Shown here: piece after piece, positions 1-9,270 of the stretch
Layout: every line of letters begins with the position of its first letter
Position numbering within the stretch: the first letter of the stretch is position 1
NCBI GenBank assembly: GCA_964506755.1
Contig: CAZDMH010000003.1
Coordinates: 166,596-230,595, forward strand
DNA from: an uncultured Spirochaetales bacterium
GTDB taxonomy: Bacteria > Spirochaetota > Spirochaetia > DAHUYW01
Length of the DNA: 64,000 nt
Direction: 5' to 3'
The notes under the pieces: generated by a model
The model's database searches: none
What the model saw: the letters and a program-made list of their open reading frames with translations, nothing else
What the model was told of the DNA's origin: nothing
Position numbers and translations under genes: made by a program

Positions 1-1619
1 TTTTCAATCACCTCACCTTCGGCGATCCCGACGGGATCCACCGCGATGCGATTGAGCGTACCCCCCTCTGTGCTCGCCTCGTAGAGCGCGAGCCCCTTGC
101 CGAGATCGGCTGAGAACACGACGTGACCGTCGTCGACGAATCGCGGAAAGAATGTGTTCGACGCCGGTTGGACGGGAAGAGGATGCGCGGAAGCTTGGAT
201 CGAACCGCCCGTGCCTTTGCGTGGAAGATTCATAACCATGATGCGCTGTCTGCCGTGGTCGTTGAGGGCGAACGCGAGCAGCTTGCCGTCGGGAGAGATC
301 GCGGGATTGAAGACGTTCGTCTCGGGCCGAGAGAAGAGCGGGCTGACTTTTCCCGTTGTCTCGTCAACGGCAACGAGACGGGTATAGGCATCGACCCGCT
401 GGACCGCGACGAGGGTTCCGCCGTCGGGGGAGAGGGCCGGCTGCCAGAGCCGCTTCGAATGGGTGATGCGGCGGGTGGTGCCGGTGGACGGATCCAGTGC
501 GAACAGGTCGGAGGTCAGGTAGGTGCCTGCCGGACCGAGGGTGACATCGAATGAAGCGAAGACTATCTTGCTGCCGTCGAGTGATGCGGTGAGCGAGGTG
601 TAGTCTGTGAGCGAGGTGTCGAGGAGGACCGTCTCCTTCTTCGTTCCGGGATCGTAGCGTACGATTGCGGGTGGTGAGCCGAGGGTGCTGCGATAGCCGT
701 ACCATCCTCGGTTCGTAACGACGGGAAGGTAGTAGTCGCCTACTCCGGCGGGGCTCACCAGCCTGCCCGACGGTATGGCCGTATAGACGGCGTACTTCGC
801 CCGAAGCTCTCGCTTCATGTCGCGGAAGATTTCGTTCGCGCTTTTTCCGGTGACCTTCTCGATGGCCGCCCAGGGTCCGAAGAATGGGAACCGCACGAAC
901 CTCCGTTGGATTTCCGAAAAGGTCTTCGGTCCGAAATGCGACTGAAGGTAGCGAACGATGAGGTATCCCCCGAGGTATACGCGGTCGCGCGGCGGGAAAT
1001 CGGATCCATACGCGGCTTGTTTGAGCGTGAAGAAACGGTTTTCGAGAATGAGCGCCCGCGCCTCCATGTCGAAAAACGGGTCGCGGCCACGTCCTCCCTG
1101 CGTGAACATTGTCTCGTTGTGCACGGCGACGCCCTCCTTCATCCAATCGGGGAGAAAGATGGTGTCGCTCGACCGGACGGCGGGTCCGAGCACATCGGCG
1201 AGCGCGGCGAAGAAGCCCTTGTCGTAATTCAGATGTACGTAGTGCGTGAGCTCGTGGATGAGAAGGAGGCGCAGGTACTCGCGTTCCTTCGTCCCAAGCA
1301 CCGGCACCGAAGGAGGAGTCACGTAGAGCACGATATGCGAGGGAACCCATCCGCCGGCGTAGTAGCCGTTCGCCGTGTCGACGCGGCCGTCGATAACGAC
1401 CCAGATCTTTTTCGGATAGGAGCCGAAGAACTCCGTCACTTGCGAATAGACTGTCTCTGCGAAGGAGACGAGCTCATCGACGACCGGTTGATCCCGCTTC
1501 TCGTAGACGAAGACGAAATGGTCGGTGGAGGTTCGCGACCAACCGGCGAACCCATCGGCGGCAAGCAGGCCGGGAAGCGCGAAGATGAGCAGCGCGAGCA
1601 GAAATGTCGTTCGCCTCAC
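1..1619 (-). CDS. Secreted protein, partial (C-terminus lies beyond window start): N-terminal zinc-metallopeptidase-like region (HELTH = HExxH) followed by TolB/PD40-like beta-propeller repeats
   Basis: Hand translation of the reverse strand from GTG at 1619 reads without stops to position 1. It is absent from the ORF track because no stop lies in the window. N-terminus VRRTTFLLALLIFALPGLLAA is signal-peptide-like. HELTHYVH motif present. Repeated ISPDG/LSPDG motifs typical of TolB-like propellers. Confidence 0.6.
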   Translation of the reverse strand, partial: MRRTTFLLALLIFALPGLLAADGFAGWSRTSTDHFVFVYEKRDQPVVDELVSFAETVYSQVTEFFGSYPKKIWVVIDGRVDTANGYYAGGWVPSHIVLYVTPPSVPVLGTKEREYLRLLLIHELTHYVHLNYDKGFFAALADVLGPAVRSSDTIFLPDWMKEGVAVHNETMFTQGGRGRDPFFDMEARALILENRFFTLKQAAYGSDFPPRDRVYLGGYLIVRYLQSHFGPKTFSEIQRRFVRFPFFGPWAAIEKVTGKSANEIFRDMKRELRAKYAVYTAIPSGRLVSPAGVGDYYLPVVTNRGWYGYRSTLGSPPAIVRYDPGTKKETVLLDTSLTDYTSLTASLDGSKIVFASFDVTLGPAGTYLTSDLFALDPSTGTTRRITHSKRLWQPALSPDGGTLVAVQRVDAYTRLVAVDETTGKVSPLFSRPETNVFNPAISPDGKLLAFALNDHGRQRIMVMNLPRKGTGGSIQASAHPLPVQPASNTFFPRFVDDGHVVFSADLGKGLALYEASTEGGTLNRIAVDPVGIAEGEVIE

Positions 1620-1733
1620 CGATACATTATATGGATAGCATATATCCGAATCAACGTGCACCGTCGCCGGATCGAACACCAAGCAGCTCGCGCCTGCTGG
1701 TGCACGATGCGGAAATCACGTATACTCCCAACC

Positions 1734-2420
1734 ATGAGCGGCGGGATCGATGATCTCCCGGGGGTTGCCGACGCGAGAAGCGTCGTCGTGGTCGTCGCCC
1801 ACCCGGATGACGAAACCCTTTGGGCGGGCGGTCTCATGCTTTCGCGACCTTCGTGGTCACCGACCATCATATCGCTGTGCCGCGCGAGTGATCCTGATCG
1901 TGCGCCCAAGTTTCAGATTGCCTGTCGCCGACTCGGTGCAGTCGAGTGTCGACTGGGTGACCTCGACGACGGCCCCGATCAGGTGCCGCTCCCCTTGCCT
2001 TTGATAGAAGAGAGCGTCTTGAGCCTTCTGCCGAGGCGAGATTTCGATCTCCTCATTACCCATAGCCCGGAGGGCGAATATACGCGTCACCTTCGCCACG
2101 AGGAAACGGCGAGGGCCGTTGCGCGGCTCTGGGCCGACGGCAGAATTTCCCCTGCCCGGGTGTGGATGTTCGCCTATGAGGACTCCGGGCGCACGAAACC
2201 GCCCGAGGCGATTCCCGACGCCGACCTTCACCTTCGACTCCCCGAGGAGATCTTCCTGAGAAAGTACGCTCTCATCACCGAGGTATACGGTTTCGATTTC
2301 GAAAGCTGGGAGGCGCGGGCGGTTCCGCGAATCGAGGGTTTCTGGGAGCTCACCGGACCGGACGCCCTCTCAGGAAGGTTCGCCTCCGTCGATTCGGGTG
2401 ACTCCCACGGAGGTACGTGA
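1734..2420 (+). CDS. PIG-L/LmbE family N-acetylglucosaminyl deacetylase
   Basis: MSGGIDDLPGVADARSVVVVVAHPDDETLWAGG matches the LmbE/PIG-L AHPDDE signature. The track ORF 906..2420 is over-extended upstream; ATG at 1734 chosen. Confidence 0.75.
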   Translation: MSGGIDDLPGVADARSVVVVVAHPDDETLWAGGLMLSRPSWSPTIISLCRASDPDRAPKFQIACRRLGAVECRLGDLDDGPDQVPLPLPLIEESVLSLLPRRDFDLLITHSPEGEYTRHLRHEETARAVARLWADGRISPARVWMFAYEDSGRTKPPEAIPDADLHLRLPEEIFLRKYALITEVYGFDFESWEARAVPRIEGFWELTGPDALSGRFASVDSGDSHGGT

Positions 2421-2422
2421 CA

Positions 2423-3565
2423 ATGAAGGTTCTCATTCTCTTCGACTACCCGGCGTCTCCAGGGGGCCTCGCGACTCAAGGCGATCTGCTCTTTCGTGGG
2501 CTGCGGGAGCTCGGCGTCGATGCCTTTGCCGTTCACTTCGAGTCCGCGCAGGAGAAGGAATGGTACTACCGGTGGTTTGAGCCCGACGTCGTTTTGGGGG
2601 TAGGATATTGGGGGCATACGCCGCACCTCATCCTGCATCCACAGCGTTACGGTGCGCTGCCTGTGCCGTGGCTGGTGGCGGACGGATACATAGCCAACTA
2701 TCGCGATGTCCTGAACAATCTGCCGCTCATTCTCGTAACTTCCAACTGGGTGAAGCAGGTCTACATCCGGGACGGAATCCGCGAGGACATCATCGAGGTA
2801 CTGCCGGTCGGCTGTGATACCGATGCATTTGTGCCGAGAGACCAGTCCGACCCGAAGGTCTCGGCTGTACGCGAGACTCTGGGAGTGGCGCCCGATCAGG
2901 TGATGATCCTCACCGTCGGCGGTGATGCCGCTTCGAAGGGGGCACAGGAGGTGATGCAGGCGCTTGCAATGATCGACAAAGAGGCGCCCGACTGGAAGTA
3001 CTGCTGCAAGGTATGGCCGCAGCCAAGAACGATTGCTCAGAATTTGGCGGATCTGCAGCTCGCAACCACCCTCGGCATCGAGAAGAATGTTGTCTACACG
3101 ACGAACGTCGTTTCACGCAACTTCATGCCGTATCTAATCGGTGCTTGCGACATCTACGCCGGGCCGTCGCGTCTCGAGGGGTTCGGTATGCCGCAGGTGG
3201 AGGCCGGGGCATGCGGGAAGCCGGTGCTGGGCATCAAAGCAATGGCGATGCTCGACACCCTGGTTCATCGCAAGACTGCTTACCTTGCCGGAGTGGGGCA
3301 GGAGATTCGCATCACCGAGACGATGCTCGGAGATGATGAGGGCTTCGAAGGTGGCAGGAAGATCGTTTTCGATGCTCCACGGGTTGTCGATTATCGGGCG
3401 AGCGTACCCGACATCGCAAGGTACCTCCTCAAGATGATGGTCGACCCGGCATTGCGGAAGAGCATGGGAGAGGCCGGAAGGCAGCGAGTCGTCGAGCTAT
3501 TCGATTATAGGGTTGTCGCGAGGAAGTTGGTCGAGATTGTCTCGCGAAGGCTCGGAATTGAATAG
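2423..3565 (+). CDS. GT4-family glycosyltransferase (GT-B fold)
   Basis: EGFGMPQVEAGACGKPV matches the E-x7-E motif of retaining GT4 enzymes. Length about 380 aa. Start ATG 2423 (GTG 2417 also possible). 4-bp overlap with the upstream deacetylase suggests co-transcription. Confidence 0.8.
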   Translation: MKVLILFDYPASPGGLATQGDLLFRGLRELGVDAFAVHFESAQEKEWYYRWFEPDVVLGVGYWGHTPHLILHPQRYGALPVPWLVADGYIANYRDVLNNLPLILVTSNWVKQVYIRDGIREDIIEVLPVGCDTDAFVPRDQSDPKVSAVRETLGVAPDQVMILTVGGDAASKGAQEVMQALAMIDKEAPDWKYCCKVWPQPRTIAQNLADLQLATTLGIEKNVVYTTNVVSRNFMPYLIGACDIYAGPSRLEGFGMPQVEAGACGKPVLGIKAMAMLDTLVHRKTAYLAGVGQEIRITETMLGDDEGFEGGRKIVFDAPRVVDYRASVPDIARYLLKMMVDPALRKSMGEAGRQRVVELFDYRVVARKLVEIVSRRLGIE

Positions 3566-3590
3566 CGCTTCGAGAGCCCTCATCGAGGAG

Positions 3591-4721
3591 ATGAGGAGCG
3601 CGGCCGTCGAGGTGCTTCTCCACAACGCACACGGTCCGTACCGGGGACTTCCGCGCACGGCAGGATGGGGATACCCCGAGCCCTACACCCGCGATCTCAT
3701 GATCTCATCCCTCGGGGTCCTGGCAAGCGGCGACGAGAAACTCAAGACGGGGTTGAGACGGGTGTTGACCACCCTCGCGCAGAATCAATCGGAGCATGGT
3801 CACATTCCCTCCCTGGTACATGACCGGGAAGATCGCGGGGCAAGCGACACGACGCCGCTCTTTCTTATGGCGGTTGGACTCTACCGCAGGGTCTCAAGGG
3901 ATGCCGATTTCCTCGCCGAAGCGGTCGAACGATCGCGCACTTGGATGGCGTACCAGAGTCCCGATGATCGGGTTATCGTCGGCCAGCTTCCGACGAGCGA
4001 TTGGCGCGACGAGCAGTGGGTTCTCGGATACGGCCTGTTCGTAAATACCGTTGTGTACGCCTACCTGCGCCTGTCGGGCGAGGATGAGAAAGCCGAACGG
4101 CTGCGCGGACTGTTCAACCGGTTCGTCGTTCGAGGGGAGGCACAACACCGTCACGTCCATGAGGGACTCGTGGTTCCCCACAAACCCTATTTGGCCATGT
4201 GGTCCTATAAGATCTATTCCAGCGAACGTTTCGATCTTCTTGGCAACAGCTTTGCGGTGGTTTCGGGTCTGGCATCGCACTCGCGTGCCCGCGCTCTCGT
4301 CGGGTGGGTGGAGGAGGAGTGCGAGGCGATGCGCACGCATGGCGACCTTGCGGTCGGTCTTCCGCCATGTTTTTTCCCCTTCATTCGGCCGGGGGAGCCC
4401 GACTGGCGGCCGCGCTACGACTCGTACAACCGCCCCGGCGAATATCACAACGGCGGGGTCTGGCCCTATGTCGCGGCATTCTACGTCGTCGCTGCCGTTG
4501 CCGCCGGCCACATTGCACTGGCCGAGGAGAAGCTCGTGGAGCTCGCGCACCTCAACTCTCTGCCTCGCGACCGGCGGCTGTCATACGGCTTCAACGAATG
4601 GATTCGGGCGCAGGACGGACAGCCGCAAGGACAGGATTGGCAGACATGGTCGGCGGCTATGTATATCTACGCAGTGGAGTGCGTGCGCCGGCGCGAGGTT
4701 CTGTTTTTCGACCCTCCCTGA
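3591..4721 (+). CDS. Six-hairpin glycoside hydrolase (amylo-alpha-1,6-glucosidase / GH63-GH100-like)
   Basis: About 377 aa. GWGYPEPYTRD and GQLPTSDWRDEQWVLGYG motifs resemble glycogen-debranching-enzyme C-terminal / neutral-invertase-like alpha/alpha-toroid hydrolases. ATG 3591 chosen because the track start 3513 lies inside the GT4 gene; TTG 3558 is also possible. Confidence 0.55.
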   Translation: MRSAAVEVLLHNAHGPYRGLPRTAGWGYPEPYTRDLMISSLGVLASGDEKLKTGLRRVLTTLAQNQSEHGHIPSLVHDREDRGASDTTPLFLMAVGLYRRVSRDADFLAEAVERSRTWMAYQSPDDRVIVGQLPTSDWRDEQWVLGYGLFVNTVVYAYLRLSGEDEKAERLRGLFNRFVVRGEAQHRHVHEGLVVPHKPYLAMWSYKIYSSERFDLLGNSFAVVSGLASHSRARALVGWVEEECEAMRTHGDLAVGLPPCFFPFIRPGEPDWRPRYDSYNRPGEYHNGGVWPYVAAFYVVAAVAAGHIALAEEKLVELAHLNSLPRDRRLSYGFNEWIRAQDGQPQGQDWQTWSAAMYIYAVECVRRREVLFFDPP

Positions 4722-4876
4722 GATGTGACGGCCTTGCTCCGCGTAGTCTCAACTCCTGGCGACGCTGCATGAGCGGGCGAACATCAATTAAGCGACATTG
4801 TGTATTTCAATCGATCTTGGGACGGAGTGAAAGTTGAGTCGGTGTTTTTCATTCGGCATCAGATTCTCTGATGCGC

Positions 4877-5893
4877 CTACGCGATCTCCGACACAGCGAC
4901 CGGTCGATGTTCATCGAGGGAGCGTTTCGCGGCGTAGCCGATCGCGACGGGCATTCTTCCGTCGAGTCCGGTGACCGGGGTCGGACGGTCGGAGATGACG
5001 CATTCGACAAACTCCTTCAGCTCTGCGACGTAGGATTCGGTATACCGTTCAACGAAGAAATTGAGCGGCAGATCTTCCTTTACCGCCGAGCCGCCGTAGA
5101 TACGGACCTCGTTCGGTCGGCGATTCGCCGTCTCGGCCATTCCGAGAGATCCGAAAGCCTCGACACGCTGATCGTATCCGTAGACTGCACGCCTCGAGTT
5201 GTCGATCGTACCGATCGCTCCGTTCTCGAACCTCAAAGTCACGACCGCGGTATCGATGTCCCCGGCCCTGCCGATTTCCGGATCGACCCGGACTGCTCCG
5301 ACTGTGAAAACCTCTTCGACTTCACTACCGGCAAGATATCGGGCCATATCGAAATCGTGAATCATCATGTCGAGAAACAGACCTCCCGACACCTTCACAT
5401 ACTCGATAGGCGGAGGGGAGGGATCGCGGCTCGCGATCTTGAGAACGTGAAGATCGCCGATTTCGCCGGCTTGAATCAGGTCATGAACCCTTCGATAGTT
5501 CGAGTCGAATCTTCGGTTGAAGCCGATCTGGAGCTTCACGCCCGCCTTTTCGACCGCATCCAGGGCTGCGTCGATGCGGTCGAGCCCGAGCGCGATCGGT
5601 TTCTCGCAGAAGATTTGCTTTTTCGCCTTTGCGGCGGCGACGATGAGATCGGAATGGGTATCGGTGCTCGAGCAAATTACCACGGCATCGACGTCGGGAT
5701 CTTCGATCACTCGGAGAGGATCGCTCGACACCTCAGGGATCGAGAAGTCGGCTGCACACTTCTCGGCGGCAGGTGCGTATACGTCGGCGATCACCTTCAC
5801 CTCGGCGTCGGAAATCCGTGCTGAGAGATTACCGATATGAAGCCGGCCAATTCTGCCGGCGCCCAATACTGCTATACGTAGCTTCTTGCTCAT
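4877..5893 (-). CDS. iolG: myo-inositol 2-dehydrogenase-like Gfo/Idh/MocA oxidoreductase
   Basis: N-terminal LRIAVLGAGRIGRLH Rossmann motif, EKP motif, overall Gfo/Idh/MocA architecture, 338 aa. SD GGAGAGGA upstream of ATG 5893. Last gene of the minus-strand operon. Confidence 0.75.
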   Translation of the reverse strand: MSKKLRIAVLGAGRIGRLHIGNLSARISDAEVKVIADVYAPAAEKCAADFSIPEVSSDPLRVIEDPDVDAVVICSSTDTHSDLIVAAAKAKKQIFCEKPIALGLDRIDAALDAVEKAGVKLQIGFNRRFDSNYRRVHDLIQAGEIGDLHVLKIASRDPSPPPIEYVKVSGGLFLDMMIHDFDMARYLAGSEVEEVFTVGAVRVDPEIGRAGDIDTAVVTLRFENGAIGTIDNSRRAVYGYDQRVEAFGSLGMAETANRRPNEVRIYGGSAVKEDLPLNFFVERYTESYVAELKEFVECVISDRPTPVTGLDGRMPVAIGYAAKRSLDEHRPVAVSEIA

Positions 5894-5894
5894 T

Positions 5895-6797
5895 CTATCC
5901 TCTCCGTTCTTCGATCAATGGCGTGAGATAGTCGAGACTGGCGCGTAGGTCGCTCACGAGATCGTTCGTGACGTTTCCCTCGATCGCCAGTCGACCACGA
6001 TACTCGATGGCCGCGAGAGCCGTGAAGATCGTTCGAAAATCAATGGCACCGAAGGCTGGGAAAAGGCGATTGTTGTCCGAGAGATGAAGCGAACTGTAGT
6101 AGCCCGCATAGCGGGTCAGAGAAGAGGTCATGTTCGCTTCCTCGATATTCATATGAAAGGTGTCGGGCAGAATCTGGAGTGTCGGCTCATCCCCTCGGCT
6201 CGCGCGGTGGTTGGGAGATGTTGACCCGAGGACCTCGTCGATAATCGCTGCTGTGTCGGACAGCGAATTCGCAACTGATGATTCGTATCGGTTCGTGGCC
6301 TCGAGGATGAGAGGCACTCCTTTCTCTTCGGCGTAGGGGAGGAGCTCGGTGAGTGAGGATATCAGGCTGCGTCTTGCCTCCTCCGGGTTCACGACTACGC
6401 CACCCTTCAGGAATCCGACGATGATCCCCGTCGGCGTTTCATCATTGCGTGCGGCGGCGCTTCCGGCAGTCGTCCAATCGACCATTCGCTTTGCCCAATG
6501 TACGGCCGCTTCGCGCTGCCGGCCGTCAGTCGCCGAAAGGGAGATTCCGAGGGTCTTCGCCGTCAGGCCCGATGCGAACATCGACAGCCTCAGGTCGAAG
6601 CGCGCAAGGTACTCCTCGACGATCGAGGCCTCTTTGGTTCGCGAGTCGTCGAGATCCTGAATGTTGAGCTCGATTCCCCACAAGCCGAGATCCCTGAGTC
6701 CTTCCACCGTGCGGTGGAAGGACTCGTTGGTCTCGAAGTCTGAAGGAAGAACCGTCTGAACCGAAAGACGGAAGGGGAAGGGTGATCTTCTCGCCAT
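5895..6797 (-). CDS. Xylose-isomerase-like TIM-barrel sugar-phosphate isomerase/epimerase (IolO-like candidate)
   Basis: 300 aa, TIM-barrel AP-endonuclease/xylose-isomerase-like family features. Stop abuts the iolG-like start (operon). Confidence 0.65.
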   Translation of the reverse strand: MARRSPFPFRLSVQTVLPSDFETNESFHRTVEGLRDLGLWGIELNIQDLDDSRTKEASIVEEYLARFDLRLSMFASGLTAKTLGISLSATDGRQREAAVHWAKRMVDWTTAGSAAARNDETPTGIIVGFLKGGVVVNPEEARRSLISSLTELLPYAEEKGVPLILEATNRYESSVANSLSDTAAIIDEVLGSTSPNHRASRGDEPTLQILPDTFHMNIEEANMTSSLTRYAGYYSSLHLSDNNRLFPAFGAIDFRTIFTALAAIEYRGRLAIEGNVTNDLVSDLRASLDYLTPLIEERRG

Positions 6798-6812
6798 CTC
6801 GCACGCCTTGCG

Positions 6813-7943
6813 TCAGTTCTTCGTGAACGGCCCGATTTTGGGAAGCTCGAAAACCGATTTCCAGCCGGGACTAAACGGTTCCTTGAGGAAGGGCTCGAGC
6901 TCCTTGGCGTCTCTGAGCGTGAGCTTATCGACCGGGGGAAGCTTGCCTGCCGGATAGGCCTCGAGAATCTGTTCGACGGTCAGCGTCAGGTATTTCAAGA
7001 TCGCAGCAATGGGTCGCTTTGCCTTTTCGGCGGTTGCCTTCGACGGCTCGCCTACGACTCCTTCGGGAGTTCCCTTGCGCTCGATCGCCATCTGACCCTC
7101 GCCCTCGGACCAACGGTGAGGTCGGCGCCAGGGGTCGACGGAGGTGTCGAAGTGTCCCTCGGGGAGGTAGGAAGGTCCACGTGCGTCCTTGACGTACTTC
7201 ATGTCAATCATATCCGGGAACATGAGAAGCCCGACTGCGGTCTCGCTCTCATCGGCATGAATGAATGTGGTCTCGAGCGAGTCGACACGATTGACTGGAA
7301 TGAAGAACTCGCGTACGGCCCGGTGCCAGTCCATGACCTGATAGATGCCGGGTAGTTGAAAGCGCTTCAGGAACTCATGGAGCGCAGTCTCGAGCATCCA
7401 GAGCTGGCCGTGGTTGTTGATGATGATCTGTTTGCGATAGCCGTCGTTCCACAGGCCGAGCATGACGTAGACGAGGTTCTCGACAACTACCTCCTGGGGG
7501 ACCATGACGGTGCCCGGCATTCCGAGATGGTGATAGGGATGACCGCCGTAGTTGAGCGGTGGGGAGGCCAGGTTGACCTCGTGCCCCTTCTTGGCCGTGT
7601 ACCGGCGAACTGCCTCGCAGATCTGGGTCACCATGAAATTGTCGAGGCCGCTGTTTGCGTGGTCGCCGTGGTTCTCGGTAGTGCCGACCGGAATAAGCAC
7701 GATATCGTTCTTTCTCCGTTTTTCGTTCTGAATCGCTCGCGGCGTCGTCTGGATGTAGCAGCCGCCTTTTCCGAGCTCCGACGAGGAGGGAACCTCGTAC
7801 TCCTTGAGAATCTTGTCGATTTCGGACATCGGGGCGTCGAAGATCTCCTTCTTCAGTCGACCGACTGTGTTGTCCTCGAAAACGATGAGGGGATGACCGG
7901 TCGTCAGGAACTTCTTGTCGTCCGGCAACAATGTATCACTCAT
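6813..7943 (-). CDS. Creatininase-family amidohydrolase (candidate 3-dehydro-scyllo-inosose hydrolase, IolN-like)
   Basis: 376 aa. Metal-binding His/Asp/Glu-rich core (GTTENHGDH, HADESE) typical of creatinine amidohydrolase fold. Position inside the inositol-type operon. Confidence 0.65.
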   Translation of the reverse strand: MSDTLLPDDKKFLTTGHPLIVFEDNTVGRLKKEIFDAPMSEIDKILKEYEVPSSSELGKGGCYIQTTPRAIQNEKRRKNDIVLIPVGTTENHGDHANSGLDNFMVTQICEAVRRYTAKKGHEVNLASPPLNYGGHPYHHLGMPGTVMVPQEVVVENLVYVMLGLWNDGYRKQIIINNHGQLWMLETALHEFLKRFQLPGIYQVMDWHRAVREFFIPVNRVDSLETTFIHADESETAVGLLMFPDMIDMKYVKDARGPSYLPEGHFDTSVDPWRRPHRWSEGEGQMAIERKGTPEGVVGEPSKATAEKAKRPIAAILKYLTLTVEQILEAYPAGKLPPVDKLTLRDAKELEPFLKEPFSPGWKSVFELPKIGPFTKN

Positions 7944-8005
7944 TGATTTGTCTCCTTACACGGGTCTTGTGAGACGCCGAGCAGCCGCCCGGCGTCTCTG
8001 AGGCG

Positions 8006-9208
8006 CTACGCTCCCGGGTTCACGCAGCTGATCTTGCATTCCTTCTTGTCTTCGCGCAGCGAAACGATGTGTTCCGGCACGTCGTCGAGCTTGACCTCTT
8101 TGGTGATCATCGGAAGCATGTTCATTCCCGCTGCCATCGACTGGATGACCCGCGGGAAAGTGCCATGGCCGGAATGGCCCTGTGAGCCGACGATCCGCGC
8201 TCTGCGCACCTGGAGCACCTCGCCGGCCACCGGTATCTTTGCATCGGCGCGCGCAACCACGACGACCGTTGCATTCAGGGTTCGTCCCTCCCAGATGGCC
8301 CGCTCAATACCGGGGTAGACGATCGTCGGAAGCCCGGTTGCCTCCAGGTAGAGTGAGGCGCCCATGCCGTGGGTGATTTCCAGCAGCCGGTCGGCGAAGT
8401 CCTCTTTCGTCGGGTTGATCACGTAGTCGGCCCCCAGCTTCTTTGCCACCGCTGCACGCGCCGGCTCGGGCTCGGAGAGAATGACCTTGGCGGCCCCTGC
8501 CTTCTTCAGAATGGCGCACGCGGCAAGGCCGACCGGTCCGGACCCGAGGATAACGACGTTGTCGCCTGGGCGAATGCCGCCGCCGCGCTCGATAACCGCG
8601 TTGTACGCTACGCTCGTCGGTTCGACCATGCTGCCGAGGCGAAAGACATCCGCGTCCGAGTATTGCTCGCGAAGCGGGTCGAGGCTCCAGATGGTCTTGT
8701 CGGGAACGACGAGGTACTTCGTAAACCCGCCGTTGATGTTGAATCCGATCTCATCGAGACGCTCGCAGTGGTTCGGCCATCCGTCGGCGCAGGGTTGGCA
8801 GCTACCGCACCAGAGCATCTCCTCGGTGCACACCCACTCCCCGCCCTTGAAGGGGCGATTCGTTACCTTGTCCATAGCGCCCGGACCGACGTCGCGGACG
8901 ATGCCTGCGAGCTCGTGACCGAGCGTCACCGGGAAGCCGGTCAGACCGGGATAGAAGATGTAGCCGTCCTCGACCGGCTGCGCCATGTGGACGTCGCTCC
9001 CGCAGATCCCGCACTGCTTGACCTCGATCAGGACCTCTTTCGGCCCCGGCTTTGGCACATCGACGTTCTCGATCTTGAGCTTCGGATTTCTCCAGACCCG
9101 GCTGCCAAGATAGGTTTGCTTTTTGTCGATATCCTTGGCGCCGAGCTTGAACCCGGGTTTCGGCTCCCAATCCGCGTACAATCGTACCGCTTTCATTGTT
9201 TCTGCCAT
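8006..9208 (-). CDS. Zn-dependent alcohol dehydrogenase, MDR family (candidate scyllo-inosose dehydrogenase, IolM-like)
   Basis: GICGSDVH zinc-ADH signature and GSGPVGL NAD-binding motif, 400 aa. SD GGGAGGT before ATG 9208. Confidence 0.8.
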   Translation of the reverse strand: MAETMKAVRLYADWEPKPGFKLGAKDIDKKQTYLGSRVWRNPKLKIENVDVPKPGPKEVLIEVKQCGICGSDVHMAQPVEDGYIFYPGLTGFPVTLGHELAGIVRDVGPGAMDKVTNRPFKGGEWVCTEEMLWCGSCQPCADGWPNHCERLDEIGFNINGGFTKYLVVPDKTIWSLDPLREQYSDADVFRLGSMVEPTSVAYNAVIERGGGIRPGDNVVILGSGPVGLAACAILKKAGAAKVILSEPEPARAAVAKKLGADYVINPTKEDFADRLLEITHGMGASLYLEATGLPTIVYPGIERAIWEGRTLNATVVVVARADAKIPVAGEVLQVRRARIVGSQGHSGHGTFPRVIQSMAAGMNMLPMITKEVKLDDVPEHIVSLREDKKECKISCVNPGA

Positions 9209-9238
9209 ATGTTACCTCCCGCAGATTTGAATAGCATT

Positions 9239-9259
9239 GTAAACGTTTGCCAAAATTGG
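9239..9259. promoter_or_regulatory. Operator-like motif GTAAACGTTTGCCAAAATTGG upstream of the Zn-ADH/inositol-type operon
   Basis: Palindromic AAACGTTT core (LacI-family-like, central CG). Near-identical copy at 10358-10378 in the same orientation. Confidence 0.45.
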
Positions 9260-9270
9260 TGAAATTTGTT

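Noticed and set aside
364-1350. 328-aa Arg/Pro-rich minus-strand ORF, plus the 123..554 plus-strand ORF
   Set aside because: Low-complexity Arg-rich translation typical of an out-of-frame or antisense shadow in GC-rich DNA. A different minus-strand frame encodes a coherent signal-peptide/HExxH/beta-propeller protein over the same bases.
906-2420. 504-aa track ORF fused to the deacetylase
   Set aside because: The first roughly 275 aa are antisense shadow of the minus-strand gene. Only the C-terminal part from ATG 1734 (AHPDDE LmbE motif) is a plausible protein.
8369-9262. 297-aa plus-strand ORF over the Zn-ADH gene
   Set aside because: Antisense shadow. The minus-strand frame carries the GICGSDVH and NAD-binding signatures.
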